The position numbers and the translations under genes were made by a program. A stretch of 64,000 bases of DNA from positions 2,985,308-3,049,307 of the forward strand of contig MU061578.1 of assembly GCA_013265495.1 (NCBI GenBank), given 5' to 3'. Each line of letters opens with the position of its first letter. The first letter of the stretch is position 1. Shown piece after piece: positions 50,101 through 64,000 of the stretch. The notes beneath the pieces were generated by a model that saw only the letters and a program-made list of their open reading frames with translations, was not told where the DNA came from and did not search any database. The stretch comes from Vicugna vicugna (Eukaryota).

Positions 50101-53100
50101 CCAAAAGTTTGGTAACTCACTCTATTAGTGAAGACATGAAAATGGGAACTCTCACACATCGCTGGTGGGAGTATTCACCCCTCTGGAGACCACCACGACA
50201 CTATCTACCAAAATGACAAAAGCACATCCCTCCTGAGCCAAATGTCCCTCTTCAAGGGATCCCTCCCAGATACACTCACAATGTGGTAATGTGTAATGCA
50301 GCACCATAACCATCAACAGGGCACCAGTCATATAAAACTGATAACCATCCTTTGGAATACTATGTAGCCACAAAAAGGATGAAGTAAAATAAACAGCAGA
50401 AAATAATCTCAAAGATATACTGAAAAGTTTAAACAAAAAAAGAGAAGGGAGCAGATGTAGAACATGTGTACAATAGATTACTATTTGTGTTTAAAAAAAA
50501 AAAAAGAGGTAGAGATACATCTCCCCTCAGGTATCCACACAGTCTCGAAAGGTAATACAAGAAAGGTGAACTGGTTACCTGTGGGGCCAAACAGGTGGCT
50601 GAAGAATGGAGCAGTAGAAGCTTCACAACATACCTTTCATATCCCTTAAAACTTTGAACCATGTGAATGTTTTACATGTTTTTAAATTGATGAGAAGTGG
50701 CAACCCTAGTGACATAAATGATCTAGGACATAATCCTCAACTGCTGCCTAAAGCATGAGGCCAAAGGCTGGAGGGGGCCTGTACAATCACTGGGTCAGGC
50801 TGCCAGTACACCCAGGCCCACTGACTGTTGTGCTGCCCAAGGGGATGCAACAGCAAGTGCCCGGCTCAGCCTCGGCACTATTCTGTCAAACAAGAACAAA
50901 CTGAATCTGATGAATCTTGACCATCGAGCTCCAGACATAATTCACCGGCTATAGGACATTTCAAAGATAAGGGGAAAATGTTAAAAAAAAAAAAAAAAGA
51001 CTGCATCATACGGAAACAATCAGCAAAATCCAGATGTGAAAGACTTAAAAGTTAATTTCTTCGAACAAATAGACTTAAAAAGGCTTACAAAAGCAGGCTA
51101 ATGTGTGGCTCTTCTTTTAGATCCCGACTCAAATGACTATTAAAAAAACCCTTTTTGAGACAATCTGGGAAATTTGATGGCCATTAGATGATGTTAAATT
51201 ATTTTTAAAGTTATGATTATTTTTAATGAAGTTCTTACCATCTAGCTATACGATGTGCAGTACTTGCTAGTAAAACTGTATGTCTAGGAACTACCGTAAA
51301 CAATCCAGCGAGGAAAGACAGGGTAAAAATGAAACAAGACTTCATTTGAACAATCATTGAAAACTGGGAGATGAAACCCAGAGATCTCATTCTATTAATG
51401 TTTATTTCTGCATTTTTAAATTTTTCCTCAACACATTTTAAATAACACGCTAATAAGTAGATTCTGTCAAAACCAAATAAAACACCAGTTCTTTGATGCA
51501 GTGTAAAGAGAACTTCAAAAGCCAATGGCAATACTGAACTATCTGCAGATGAAATGATAGGATGTGTGAGGTTTGTTTTGAGATTTGTGAGAGAAGTGGG
51601 AACAAAGATGAAACATACTTGTCCATGAGCTGATCATTACTGAAGCTGAGTGATGGGCATGCGGAGATTCATTATACCGTTAACATCTACTCTTGATGTT
51701 TGAGATTCTCATGTAAAAAGTAAAACAACACAAAAACCTGGTAAATCAATTTTCCTTAGTCTATTTTTTAATAGGAAAAATATTATATTTAATCACAGCT
51801 TTAAACTGTTAAAAAAGTTCTATGAGAATGACTCCCTACCTTTTTGCCAGCAGTCTCAGACTGGCTTTGGCACAGGCTCCCAACTGCTTTCAAGCAGTTT
51901 GTTAAAAACTAGTCATCCAAGGTCAGTTAGTAGCACTTAAGCAGCACGTTGTTGCTTCCTTCCATTTTAAAGCAATGGTTAAGGGACTGCCTCCAGGGAA
52001 TGGGAGAGGCAATAAAAGGCGGGGCTTCAGGGGTTTTCCATGATAGTCTATGAATTCTGATTCAGCCACACCCGTTCAGTGAGAATACACAAGAAAGCTC
52101 AGAGCTGAAATCCCCAGAATATACAGTTTTGTCTTGCTCATGACATCACAAGGAATTTTAAGTCACTGAACGGGTTTCACAAACGTTAGTCTCAAGAGCA
52201 CAGTCTACCATTTGAGTTTATCATAATTTGCTCCATCATTGAGAGTTTTTGTTACATCCAACTGTTCAGTCTTATAAACAACGCTACTACAAACATCTGT
52301 GTACCAATATTTGCCCGTGTTTGAACAATGAGGGGATTAGTGGTGGATTGTGTAGTACTATACTATGCATTTATTGAAAAAATCCACAAGTGGACTAACA
52401 CAGTTCAAACTCGGGCTGTTCAAGGGTCCTTAGGATAGCAATTTGTAGAAATAAGTTACAAGGTAGAAATACCTTTAAACTTTTATCTCTGCCTACTATA
52501 TTAGCAATCTGACCAAACCTTAAACTTTTATATAACTTAGAAAATGCAATTCTTTCTCCTCCCCTAAAAAATAATCAGTTAAGAGCTTAGTATATACCTT
52601 TTTAAACTGTATTAAAATGCATATACAAGCACATAACTTTAATTTCACTTAGGACAGATTTTCAAGTTTTTTTTCATTATTACACCAATGCACACATCTT
52701 CTATGATCTACAGCTGAGCAGTATTTATTTCACTGTCTTAACACAACTATAACCATTCCAATAAATACATACTTGCATTTTTCACTTTTCACTAATTCAA
52801 AACAACACAATAAACACCTTAAGTGTTCTCATACACAGGCAGATATTCTTCTAGGACAATTTCTTACAAATTGCTTAGAGGAGATTCAAAGTCTGTAAGT
52901 ATTTTAAAATTGTATAAAGGGCTGATGAGCTCTTATGAAACATGTACTGAACAAGTCAAATGTCACCTAAGGTCAGTTCAGGAACTAACCAAGAAATAAA
53001 ACAAGTTTTAATAGTTACGTTACCTTCTGTATAGACAGAATTTTCTTTTAAACTAATGCATCAAGAATTAATAAATCCACTAAAAACTTGTTTTAAGTTT

Positions 53101-56100
53101 TTTGATGAAAGGCATCTAGTGTGCAAAGCTTTCATGTTGATCTGACTATAATATGCTCTTAAAACACCCCTTGTAAACATGATAGATGATAAAGATGTAA
53201 AGATGATAAAGAAGATAAAGATCATTTAATTCAAATGCCTGTTATATTTAATATATTTAATTAAAATTTTTTTCAATATTAAAATAAAGTAAATGTTACA
53301 CGTTTTTGTCAGCTAATATAACCTGGATAAAAACAGCTCGTAAATACCTGACTGACCCATTAAACAGAATGATCCTCTCCCAGTGTCATTTGGTGCAGCT
53401 TCCATTAATTCTGGCAAATAACATCAATCTTACTGCACTTTCAGAGACTTTGGAGATAAATGGTTGGACCACCTCACAGATTTATTACCAACAGTGAAAA
53501 GATTCTACTATTTTCTAAAATACTTGGTGAGATACACAAATATAAGTTACTAAGAAAAATCAGAACAAATCATGGATTAGTGATGGTTCACAATTTGTAA
53601 AAGTGAAACATGTGTACATCTTCCAATAGTGATGACTCCACTGTAGTAACTCCAGAAATCAAGCTCAATACGGGAGCTACTAGTCCCAGCTTGGGAACTA
53701 AACAGTTCATGGGCTACGTGGTAGGCTAGGAGCCTAGAGCCAACAGCAGGTCAACAGGAGGCAGCAACAGGCCAGCAATAGCAAGAGTCAGCCCACTCAC
53801 CACTTCTAGCCAAAAAGCTTCTGAAGTGTTCTGGTTTATCAAAATTGCCATTTTGACAAGAAAAATCACAATAAATGTGATAAATATGTATGTTCATCCT
53901 GAGTGGACTATCTTTGAAAGATACAAGTGACCTCCATAGAGAGGTACCAGATGGCCAGTCATATGGAAAGGGGAGAATTTTCACCTGGAATCTGTAACAG
54001 TAACCATGTATTACCTACCAAAAAGATTTAAAAATTCATTTGCATCAATTTCTTTTAACAAATCTACATTCTGAGTAAGGACTTTATTTTTCCTTCTAAG
54101 TTTATTCTGCATAACTAAGAAAATAGTTATTTCAGCCTGGCATTTTAAAGTCAGGCCACATTTGCTTTTAATTATTAAAGTAATCCATGCACACTGAAAC
54201 ATTACTGATACACACGTATAAAAAATTTAAAGGAAGGATAAATTTTATGACTTGTGAATTATGTCTTAAAGCCATTATTTAAAAAAAACTTTTTAAGGTA
54301 AAAATCTCCCTCTGTAACACCCAGCAGTATCTGCTTAGAGCTCCACAAAACACCATTCACTGTACGACAGGATTACAATTAGTGTAAGTAGCCCCCATTA
54401 ATAAACAGCTCCACTATACCCTCCTCTTCTCACTTAAAAAAAGCTGCAATGAGCATCTTCTTTCTTTTCTTTTTTTAATGAGCATCTTTTCTGTGTCCTC
54501 ATTTGCACACATGCCTAAGACACATTCCCAGCACCAGAGTTCTGAAACAAGTGCATACACATGTGCATGTGACATGCTGACAGCACCCTGACAGATCACC
54601 CTCCTACAAACATGGCTGCTCCAGGTGACCCTACTTTCTTCAGGACAGGAGGACCTCCTTCACACGTTTACAGCACTAGTTATCAAACATTTCAAAAGGA
54701 GCCATCTGTAAAATCAAAAATGATTTTTAAGGAGATACGGGAGGGGTGTCTTTTTACTGAAAAGTAATTCCTGTACGTGGTAAATTTTCACAGTACAAAA
54801 AGGTCTCTTGACCCACGCTAGCCCTCAAACTAAGATAAGAGTGTTCAGTCTCCCGGCTTCTTCTAAAACTACTCTGTACATCTAAGCTTTAAAACAAATG
54901 TAAAACACACTTCTTTTTTAAAAATCACACTATGGAAACCTTCATATCACACTTGCTCTTCCACTTGGTCTCTCTTGGAGATAACTCCACATCAGCACAC
55001 ACTGAACTACCTCAGTTCTCTTCCCTCAGCTCTATATCATTCCGTTGCAAAGAAGAACAATGAGTTAGCCAGTACCTTACCGAGGAAGTCTAGCTGGGTC
55101 TGGCTTTCTTTGTGTCTTTGTACATAGGCAAATGTATTGGTCCAATACACTTTCAGAACCAGCACTGCTGGGATGTGCTTTCACATCTTCAGATGTTCAA
55201 TTATCCAGGAGGTTTATAAGGATTTCTTAACTCTGCATCTCTTGAGTTCTGAGTGAGGATGAGTAACTGCCACAGGATTAGAAGCCCGCAAGAAAATGTC
55301 CTTTGCCCATTTTCCACTGACCTATTGGTATAGCTCTTTTCAATCATGATGAACTACATATAAAGAGAACCTACTCTTCATCATACTGGCTGCAAATATT
55401 TTGTCCCCATTTTTGTCTTATTTTATGTACGGGAATTTTTGACACACTAATATTTTAAGTTTTTATATAGAAAAATGTATCCATCTTTCCCTTATAGTTT
55501 CAGACTTCATAACATCTCAAGATGACAAAACAAAATTCTCTTTTGGGAATCCAACTTGGTTTTTCCCCAACTGGCTAATCTATAGTTTCTAATACTGTTC
55601 AATGAAAAACCCATCTTCTCCACACTGACTGAACACATGCCCTTCATAAAATACTAAATTACCATTTATGTTTCAGTCTCCTTCTGCAGCCTCAATTTCT
55701 TCTATTCATCTATTTTCTAGCATTAAATCAACCAGACCATTTAAAAAGTGCCCTGACATTATGATTTAGTAGAAATGCTAAGATTTGTGATCCAAAAAAC
55801 TACATTACTAAAATTGAGATTTTAACCTATATGGCTGTGTATCTATCAGAGTTTCTGAAACCTGATATTCCTATTTCCATAAGCATTTTCAGATTATTGA
55901 AGAATTAAAACTCTCAATATAGAAAACTTCCATTTCCAAACCCCATCTACTATTGTACTGTTTGTTGCTAAAGGCATTTTTAGTTAATTCAAAGATTCAA
56001 CACTGAGGTTGAAGAATGTACTGGAAACAGAAGTTAATTTTAAATACTTTTTAAGATTACTGATTTAAATAGAATTTACTCCAGCTACAACAGTATCCTC

Positions 56101-59100
56101 TAGAATGTCCTCTGAGAGGTTAAAAAAAAGCCTTTTCTTGGGTTTTGTTTTTCTCTGACTCCCTCACACCAAGCTTAGTCCCCTTCTAGTCTTTACTCAG
56201 GAAGCTGAATAGCATCAAACCCCTCTGCTGACCTCTGATCATACTAGGGATAGAGGGTGCAGGAAAAGAAAACTTAAAATGGAGTTGCTGTAACTCACAC
56301 ATTCTTGAGGCAGGGATGAAAACTGGTCTTAAAGAGTGAAAAAAATCTTAGATATTACAATGGTTTGTGGCCCAGAAAAAAATCACAGTACATAAACTGA
56401 TACGCTAGGTATCAGTGCTATTAAAACTTCATGGAGGGGAAGGGAACGAATTAGGAAAAAAGCTCTAGAAAATGCTTCTTTGAGACGTAATAATGAAAAA
56501 TAAGTTATAAAATGCCACTTTATAACCATGAAATTGCAAAACTAACAGTCTGGTAATTCCAAGTGTTGGTGAGGATGTGTACACTGCTACTGGGGGTACA
56601 CTTTATCAAACAATAGGGAGAAAAGAGAAAAAGGCAACATTACAAAATTATCTTGCAAAGATGAACATGTGCATCTTATCCAAGCCAACAACTACTCTCC
56701 TAGGAACATCCCCTAGATAAATTATTTGAACATGTGCACCAAGAAGATAGTTAAGAACATTTATAATATTGTTCATAATAGCATTAAAACTAGAATCAAC
56801 CCAATTGCCTATGAATACAAAATACTCAAGCAGCAGTGAAAACAAATAAAACATACCCAACCAAATAGGTAAACAGGAACATAACACTGAAGGAAAAAAT
56901 AAAGTTTACCTACACTATAAAACATAAGACTCAAAAGCAAGACTAAACATAATGTCCGAGGAATCATAAAATATGTAATAAAAAATATTTTTAATGAAAA
57001 TGATACGTACAAAATAGAGACTGGAGTTGGGATGGTAGACACACAGATACAAAATACCAGCTAGAGAGTGGCAGAGTAACAAGTACCTATTACATTATTT
57101 TGCTTCATAACTTACGGATGTTAACATTACTCCTGTTAGTTCAATATTTGGCTCTCCGCAGCAGAGAATAATTAACATCAAATGAAACTTACATCCAATT
57201 CAAAAAACAGGTCTCTTTCTTTACTTGCAATCTCATAATCTGCTCGGAGGGCCAAGTCGTGGATTTTGGTACATTCTCCTAAATCCATGCGCTGTAAGAG
57301 AGAAACAAAAATTTACACATGAACATCTACACACTTGTAGAAACCACATGACCTGGTGTTTTAGCTGTCATTCAAAATATATATATATATATTTTAAAGT
57401 CTAAACTATAATAAGAAAGTTAACAGAATATGGCTGAGAAGCCTTATTTTACTTTTACCACCATGTTTATATGACACTCAGAACTGACGCATTTAGGTGC
57501 AATGATTTATTATCTCTTTTAGAACCTGAGATAATTAGACTACTAATGAAAACCACATTAATTACTTTTTGGCAGTTTTATATTCACATCAGCCACATAA
57601 TAAATGTCTATTCAGTGAAAAAGGAAGTGGGGAAAGTGGAAGGAAAGGGCCAGGAAATAAGAGTACCACGGATAGCAACAAGTTTCTACACACTCCTTGC
57701 AATCTTGACTACTAAAGATGCTCAATGCCTATGGTTCAGAGACAAGAAGAAGGAAAGAACAGACAGAAATCAGGTTTTCACAATCACAGTACAATCTAGT
57801 GCCTGGCTTTGTGAAGCTCTTTGTACACCAAAGGAAATAAAGCAGAACAGGCTGATTCAGAGTCAAATAAATCCTCCAAACATTCTCCTAACCTGGTAAA
57901 TGACTCTGGACACATAACTGGGGACACAGAATTGGACCACTTGGTTGCCCCATGTGATAAAACAAAAAGCTCTTTTACTAAAACAAATTAGTTATCAGTA
58001 AGATTAGCCTGATGTGCTCATTACGTGTTGTGAGCATATGTAGAACAATTACACACCAAGGCATACTTCTTATCTGAGTACAGGAACCTATACAGGCACC
58101 CCACACACACCCTGGCCTCTAAACGGCAATAGAAAAGTTTGTATGCTGAGGATGATGTTATCAAGCCTCAGAGTGCAAGTTAACAAAACCCAACAGCCCA
58201 ATGAGAAGACACCTCAGAACTCCAAGCTGTTGGACACAAGCACAAAGAATGAGGGAGCCCAGGAACTCCTTTAAACTCAAATTACAAGTGTGCTCAAAAC
58301 AAGATTTAAAAAAAAAAATCCATGTGTTATAAAATCCTTAACATTTTGGGCAAATTAGAGAGGATCGTAGTGCCTGACTGTTAGGCCCTAATCTCACAGG
58401 TGACTGCCATGTTCACTAACAAAATTTCCTTCCATATCACTAGTGACAGAGCAAGCTGCCTGTGTAGAGCTTATCTTCATTTTGACCAAGGTCGACTTCT
58501 ACATGTAAATGTTAAGAGATCTTTTCTCCTTCATTTATGCTTACTTGAAGTCATGTGGACCTTTCGTATGCTGGTTACATGGGGGATCCAAAAGGAGGGA
58601 AACAGAGGTTCTAGAAACCAAAGCTGCAACTAGAATTGCCATCCCTGTAAAGCTGACAACTTTTGCTTCATTCACTCTTTTAAGTACCAAACATAATTCT
58701 TCGGAAATATATAGCTTCCTACATGCTTTTGTTCTTTGTTTTTCCCATTCTTCCCTCAATGGGCATTCATAGGCTCATGATCAGTGGGTTGGTTAAAGGG
58801 TTGGAGCCCAATATATGGATCATCGCTTCCAAGTGTACAAACATTGTGGGTATGAGTGTAACTCTCATTTTTATATATCGTTCTAAGTCTCACTTTCCAT
58901 TTGTTCTAATTTCTTCATCCATTATTTTTAGATTTTATTTTTGTTTTATGTGTTTATGTATATAGCATGAGGCATAAATATTACATATTTTCAATTTATT
59001 AAAAAATTACCTAAGCCTTAAAAAATACATATAGCTCCCACAATGAAATTAAGTGCTACAGTTGAAAAATAAGCAGCTCTCAGAAATTCCTTAAAAGCTA

Positions 59101-62100
59101 ACGAAGGCTTTGTTGCTCAAAGAAAAACCAACACCAGAGGAAGTAAACACCAAAACCCTAAGTACTAAAAATCTAAGTGCAAATCAATTTCCATTTTAAA
59201 AACCTCAACTGTCAAGAAAGTTTAGATATAAGGGGACCACACACAAAACAAAATTCACCACTCTCTTCCTTTCGGTATGAGTTTTCAAGTAGCCACTGCT
59301 AAAGCAAGTGGAAGATAGGCCTGGGCTTCCACAGTCACTTTCTGTAGGTGGCTTTTCAGCTTTGCCAAGGAGGCAGGGAAGTACTGGCCAACTCCCCTGG
59401 CAGCTAAACACCAAATAGAGCTGAAATACCACACTCATTAAATCCTTCCAAAATATTCCAAGTGGCTGTTAAATCCAACTTCCTAATTAATACAACATTA
59501 TCCCACTAAGCCTCAGTAACATTATAGCTTCCATTCCTCTGCGCCTCACTCCTTCTAATAAGAGATGGTTTTGAGTAAAAACTTGGGCTGGAGAAGCCCT
59601 TAACAAGCTGAGGGTTATAACCACTTTCATCTTGCTTGCTGAAGAATTACATTCACTCCACTTCAATTTAACACAAAACAAACTCCTCAGAAGACCCATC
59701 GTTCAACTCTACACCTCATCTACTTCCACGTAGTTCAACCAATGAGGCTCAACCTTTATAACATCCTCCATCCAAATTATCAGTCTTTATCTTAATTGGC
59801 CCTCAGGAGCCCCTAATACTTGTTCATCTGCATCTTCACATGAACATGGGTCTCCTGGGTTTCCTCTCCCTTCTCAGTCTGAGCTGCTCCTGTTCAGTTG
59901 CACACAGGAGTGACTGCAGGGTCCATGACTTCTCATCACTCCTTTGATTCCACAGTGTCTACCTCCCTCTCCCCTCACTCACACCGGCCCACACACACAC
60001 CGAGACATTCCTGCTTCCTTCTGCTCCATCATCCACCCAGAATGTTACACCCTAAACCATGCACGTGTGTTCTTTCTCACCGTTCAGGTCTCTGCCTCAA
60101 CGTCCCTGAGAGGCCTTTCCTTATTACCCTATCTGAAACAGTCCATAATCTACTCATTATTTATTGTCTATCCTGTTCCTCTATTAGATGAGTGAAGATT
60201 TTGTCTAATTGGCAACATATCCCCAGTGCCTGGCACATAGGTGTCCAATAAATACTTGGTGAACTAACCTGTACCTAACAGGGATAAATAAGGAAATGCC
60301 CTCATTCTGCTTATTTTCCTCACCAGCATTCCTGAACAGTGCTACACAAGGATCTGATAAGAAAAACGCAGTTGAGATCCTTCACACTGGTCCATGTCCC
60401 TCTACTCCCTTCAACTTTTTCCCCTAAGATCTGCTGACAATTCCAGGTTACGATGCCTCCTAGGAGTACCCTACAGCTGAAGTGCTATGACCAGCACAAA
60501 GCATTATCTACATTGATGGCACCTACAACAATCCGCAGCATGTAGTAGTTAGCTTTCCTACACAAGGCTTAGCATTCATTTCCTATTTGCTGTCAGAAGA
60601 GCCAGCTTTTTTTTTTTAACATACTTTCAATTTTTATTATTGTTTGCATACATCTCTCACATAATAATTTTTTTTTAAATTTCTTTTGCTTGGTTATTAG
60701 TAGCTTACCCTTCAGAAGAGCCAGCTTGAGAAGATTCAGTACACCTGAGCAGTTCTCCAGAAGCTGCTCCCCCAAAATGGCAGTAACAAAAGTAATGATT
60801 AATCATGGAAAACATATTCCCTGGCACATACAGATTTAACCTTCAAAATGAGTAGACAATTTTTATATTCCATTAGGTAGCTGTGAAATCTTACAACAGT
60901 GGTGGGTCTTTACAGGACTCATTTTCTCTAAGTGGCTGAATCATGGTAGATAATCCTACACTCTTCAGTCTTCTCAAATTCTATCTAATTTTGAATAAAT
61001 GCACATTTTGCAAAATTAACATTTATCTGTTTGGTTCATCTGATGTGCATTTAAAATTTCAGAAGTCTACATTCACTGGATCATGTGTTGATTTCTTAAA
61101 AGGGTGACATAACACGAAACTAGTAAATCAGTGTTATTCCTAACTGATTTTTCAAAAACCTAAATACCTGGGGAAGAAATGTAGCTTGTTAGACGAAAAG
61201 TCTAATATATGTTTAACTTGAAAGCAAACCAACCCAGAATCTTGGAAGAACCACAGGGTGACTTGAAATACTCTTTCTGCTAAAGTCAAATGGGACCAGC
61301 ATTCACACTACCAGCTGTGAACACTTCAGCATAAATGACTCTACAAAAACCTAATAACTTTACAGAGATAATTTTATAGAAATAAAATATGACATTATGT
61401 AAAATTTCACCAAACTAACAAAATCTATCATTTGAAGGGCAGCGGGTAATTTCTGCCTGGTAAAGGAAAACAATTCAACCTGAAAAACCTTCCCTGCCTA
61501 CACAGCATTCACTTCAGAGTGTCTTATGGCACCCCTACCCCAAATGCACTTACCGTCCCAGCCAGGATGTCATGGGGGCAGCAGTCCAGAAGGTGACTCT
61601 TGCAGACACGGTCATCTGTAAACTTGACCCTCTGTCTGGTTTCGTCTCCTGAAATTCATTTGTGGTTTTAAATAAGACAATATTATCACATTAACCACAA
61701 AAGCATACCTGGTACAATTCACCTGGATGATTTCCAGACTACCAAATACACTGAAAAGCTGATCTAAAGATATTTACAACTGGAACGAAATACAGATGAT
61801 TTCTGATGCTAAATATATTATGAAGAATCACATTTAATGAGATCTGACTCCATCATTGTGCCAAAGAAGTCAAGGAGTCAGAAGTAAAATGCTGAGCACC
61901 AAAAAGCCGTTAACCCCCCACATACATGTGGGCAATGACATACCAAAACCCATGCTAATCAGAGGGCCATGAATCACCACATATGACTTATAGCTGGTAG
62001 TTTCCACCAACAAAAGCTACTTATCAACCTAACTGTTTCGCTATGGACAAATGCATAGTCAGTATTTCGCCAAAAATTACTTGAAGAAAGCTTTTTCTAC

Positions 62101-63613
62101 TACTGACTGAGAAATAATCTAGACCTAGTCTACCTAACCCCCTTTCACCCCCACCCTTAAGAAAGAAGGTTGGCACCTGGGAGTCACCTTTAACAAGACA
62201 GTATCAGAAAAAAGGTGGGGGGGGGGCGCAAAAAAGAACTAGGTTAGTCAATACACACTGTGAGTTCCAACACATACTGTACCCATCTGCATTCTTCAAG
62301 ACCTCAGCTGCAGAATTTTATGCCCGCTGTTGAAAAGTTTTAAAGGAAAAGTTTTCTTGCCCAACCTGCAGTAAGGAAGTCAGGGGAATGATACATAAAA
62401 ATAAAGGCAAAGTGGAATGTGACAAATTTTAAAGCTAATCTGTGTATATGACACAGAGCTGTGTAATACTAGAGGAGGAATATATTTTAGGATTTGCAAG
62501 CATCCAGGATTAATGTAGTGTCTTTTTACTGAAAATGTTTTCTTTCTAAACTACACTTTTAAAGTTATTTGTGGAAAAAAAAGCAAACACTTTTTTGTTA
62601 TAACAGCTTAGAAATTGGTTGTGACTCACGGCTCGATGAACATGAGGCTTTTCTGCAACTCCCTTGCAGATTGATGTAGGCAGGCAAAGATACACTGAAC
62701 CTTTATAAATAAAATAGAGGGGCCACAATTGTTCAGTTTGTATGAAATAAAAATATGGGAAGCAATTCAAAAGCAACTCAATATACAAAGAAAGCTAAAA
62801 AGCACTTATTCATCTAAGAAATAAAGTGCAAAGAATCTGCACAGCCCTGCGAATGTGCCAGTGTGAACTTACAACTTCATTACTTCGGTAGAAAAGAAAA
62901 CACAAACCACAGCAGGTATATAGTTTTGCAAAGATGCAACTGCTTTCTCCTGAGACAACCATCATGATCTTGCACTGCTCCCTACAGTACAACCTACCTA
63001 ACGACTGCCAAGCGCTGGCTAAACAGAGGCTCTCCTGTGTGGCCGGGGGGAAAGGGGGCTGGAAAAGCACGCGGCAGGAACCCACGTTAGAAAAGCTCGA
63101 TTTACGGCTCCCCTTGAAATGGTACAGAACAAGAACGGCCAGGGTTTCCAGGCCCATCCGGCTCCCTCGGGTGGAGGAGCTCCGCCAGCCCGCTGCCAAC
63201 GACCCGAGCCCACGCTGGCTGCAGCCATCGCCGACTCTCGGTTCAAGTGGCGGCGGGCGCCGCGAGGGGCGAAGAAGTCGAAGGAAGGTCAACAGGGAGG
63301 GGCTGGCGCCCCACCGACGGAGCGGGCTCCGAGGGAGGAGCCCGCCAAGGAGCCCCCCCGGCGGGGAAACCCAGGCCGCGGCCGTCTCCGAGGCGAACCG
63401 GCTCAAACAAAGGCCCGGCGCCCGCGGTCGCCGCGCGGGGGAGGGGAGGGCGCCCGCGCAGGCGCAGACAGTCGCGGCCCCCGCCTCAGGCCGCCCGGCG
63501 GCCTCGCCTCACTCCCGCCCCAACCCTCGCCTGGCCGGCCGCCCCGACTCACCGTCCCGGGCAGTGCCCATGAGCTGGTCCAGCAGGGCCCGCATCTGCG
63601 CCTGGGCGGACAT
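35134..63613 (-). CDS. LUC7L: Putative RNA-binding protein Luc7-like 1 (U1 snRNP-associated), 371 aa; coding exons 63613-63553, 61648-61554, 57291-57193, 47199-47089, 46214-46071, 42378-42202, 39867-39779, 36544-36515, 36102-35935, 35275-35134
   Basis: All 10 exons have GT-AG sites and join in phase to 1116 nt: [64 protein letters not shown]../AMDHLESF../[10 protein letters not shown]../[47 protein letters not shown]../RS domain/..EEKEAGEI*; syntenic 3' neighbour of the alpha cluster. Confidence 0.97.
37639..38318 (+). pseudogene. GCSH: Processed pseudogene of glycine cleavage system H protein (GCSH)
   Basis: Intronless [103 protein letters not shown]; start codon ACG at 37760; frameshifts in the 5' half; A-rich tail; 12-nt target-site duplication AAATTAAAACAG. 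Confidence 0.93.
38498..38552. repeat. Compound (TG)n(TA)n(CA)n microsatellite within L1
   Basis: Directly visible. Confidence 0.85.
39120..39450 (+). mobile_element. L2 fragment
   Basis: CTCCACCTGGATGTCTCTTAGGCATCTCAAATAT..CAGCAAATCCTATCAGCTCTATCTCAGAACACATCCAG are L2-like motifs. Confidence 0.55.
43930..44220 (+). mobile_element. L1MC-like 3' end
   Basis: ATGCTGAATGAGAAAAGTCAATCCCAAAG..TGTATGACTCCATT..CAGATTAGTGGTTGCCAGG. Confidence 0.65.
59720..60265 (+). mobile_element. L2 3' fragment
   Basis: Ends ATCCCCAGTGCCTGGCACATAGGTGTCCAATAAATACTTGGTGAA, the L2 terminus. Confidence 0.6.
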
Positions 63614-63860
63614 GGCAGCCGGCGGGAGCGGCAGGGACAGCCGCGACGGCTTCTCAGGCGGTGACGGTGGCGGCAGCGGCAGCGGCGGCGACGAAGGCGG
63701 GTCGCGTCGGCCTCGAGCCCGCTCGGCTCCTTCCCGTAGTGAGGGATGCCGGGAGGAAGTGCGTTGGTGCCGGCGCTTCGCCTGCTGGGAAATGTAGTTT
63801 CGCAAGAGGGGCGGAGCCTGAGGCTAGAGTGGGTAAGCAAGCCGTCTAAGGGGCGGAGCC
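63050..63860 (-). promoter_or_regulatory. LUC7L: LUC7L CpG-island promoter with ZNF143/THAP11-type motif, ETS core and two GC boxes
   Basis: CpG-dense; ACTACATTTCCCAG (minus strand, 63785-63798); GGAAGT near 63755; GGGGCGGAGC at 63808-63817 and 63850-63859. Confidence 0.8.
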
Positions 63861-64000
63861 CAAAGTATCAACCCGGATTTTACCCTGGAGCCCAGAAAAT
63901 GTATGCTCCACCTAAGGCTGAACTGCAATAAAGTGAGATAAATATAGACAACCCAAAACAAGAAAACCAATCTCGTGTATCTTCTTGCTAGCCATGAACC

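Noticed and set aside
62810..63931. Several 100-290 aa ORFs on both strands near LUC7L exon 1
   Set aside because: Low-complexity Arg/Gly/Pro frames expected in a stop-poor CpG island; only the 61-nt coding part of LUC7L exon 1 is recognisable

Overview
Mammalian genomic DNA carrying the alpha-globin cluster of a South American camelid, most likely alpaca. The species call rests on the alpha chain [27 protein letters not shown]... and camelid-type tRNA-derived SINEs. On the + strand the order is: nested L1 block (about 0.3-5.8 kb), intact zeta-globin (HBZ), intact mu-globin (HBM), two complete adult alpha genes, and a theta-globin (HBQ1) with an open but damaged frame. Each complete alpha gene is followed, after an N-gap, by a near-identical partial copy that is probably an uncollapsed allele. 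On the - strand lies the complete 10-exon LUC7L gene (371 aa) with its CpG-island promoter; a GCSH processed pseudogene is nested in an L1 in intron 7. I found no wholly new system. The best leads are candidate poison exons in LUC7L intron 1, alpha-chain variants (Ala/Thr130, His/Arg72, Ile9/Ile10/Ala12), the decaying theta gene, a zeta promoter lacking CCAAT, and several retrotransposition footprints.
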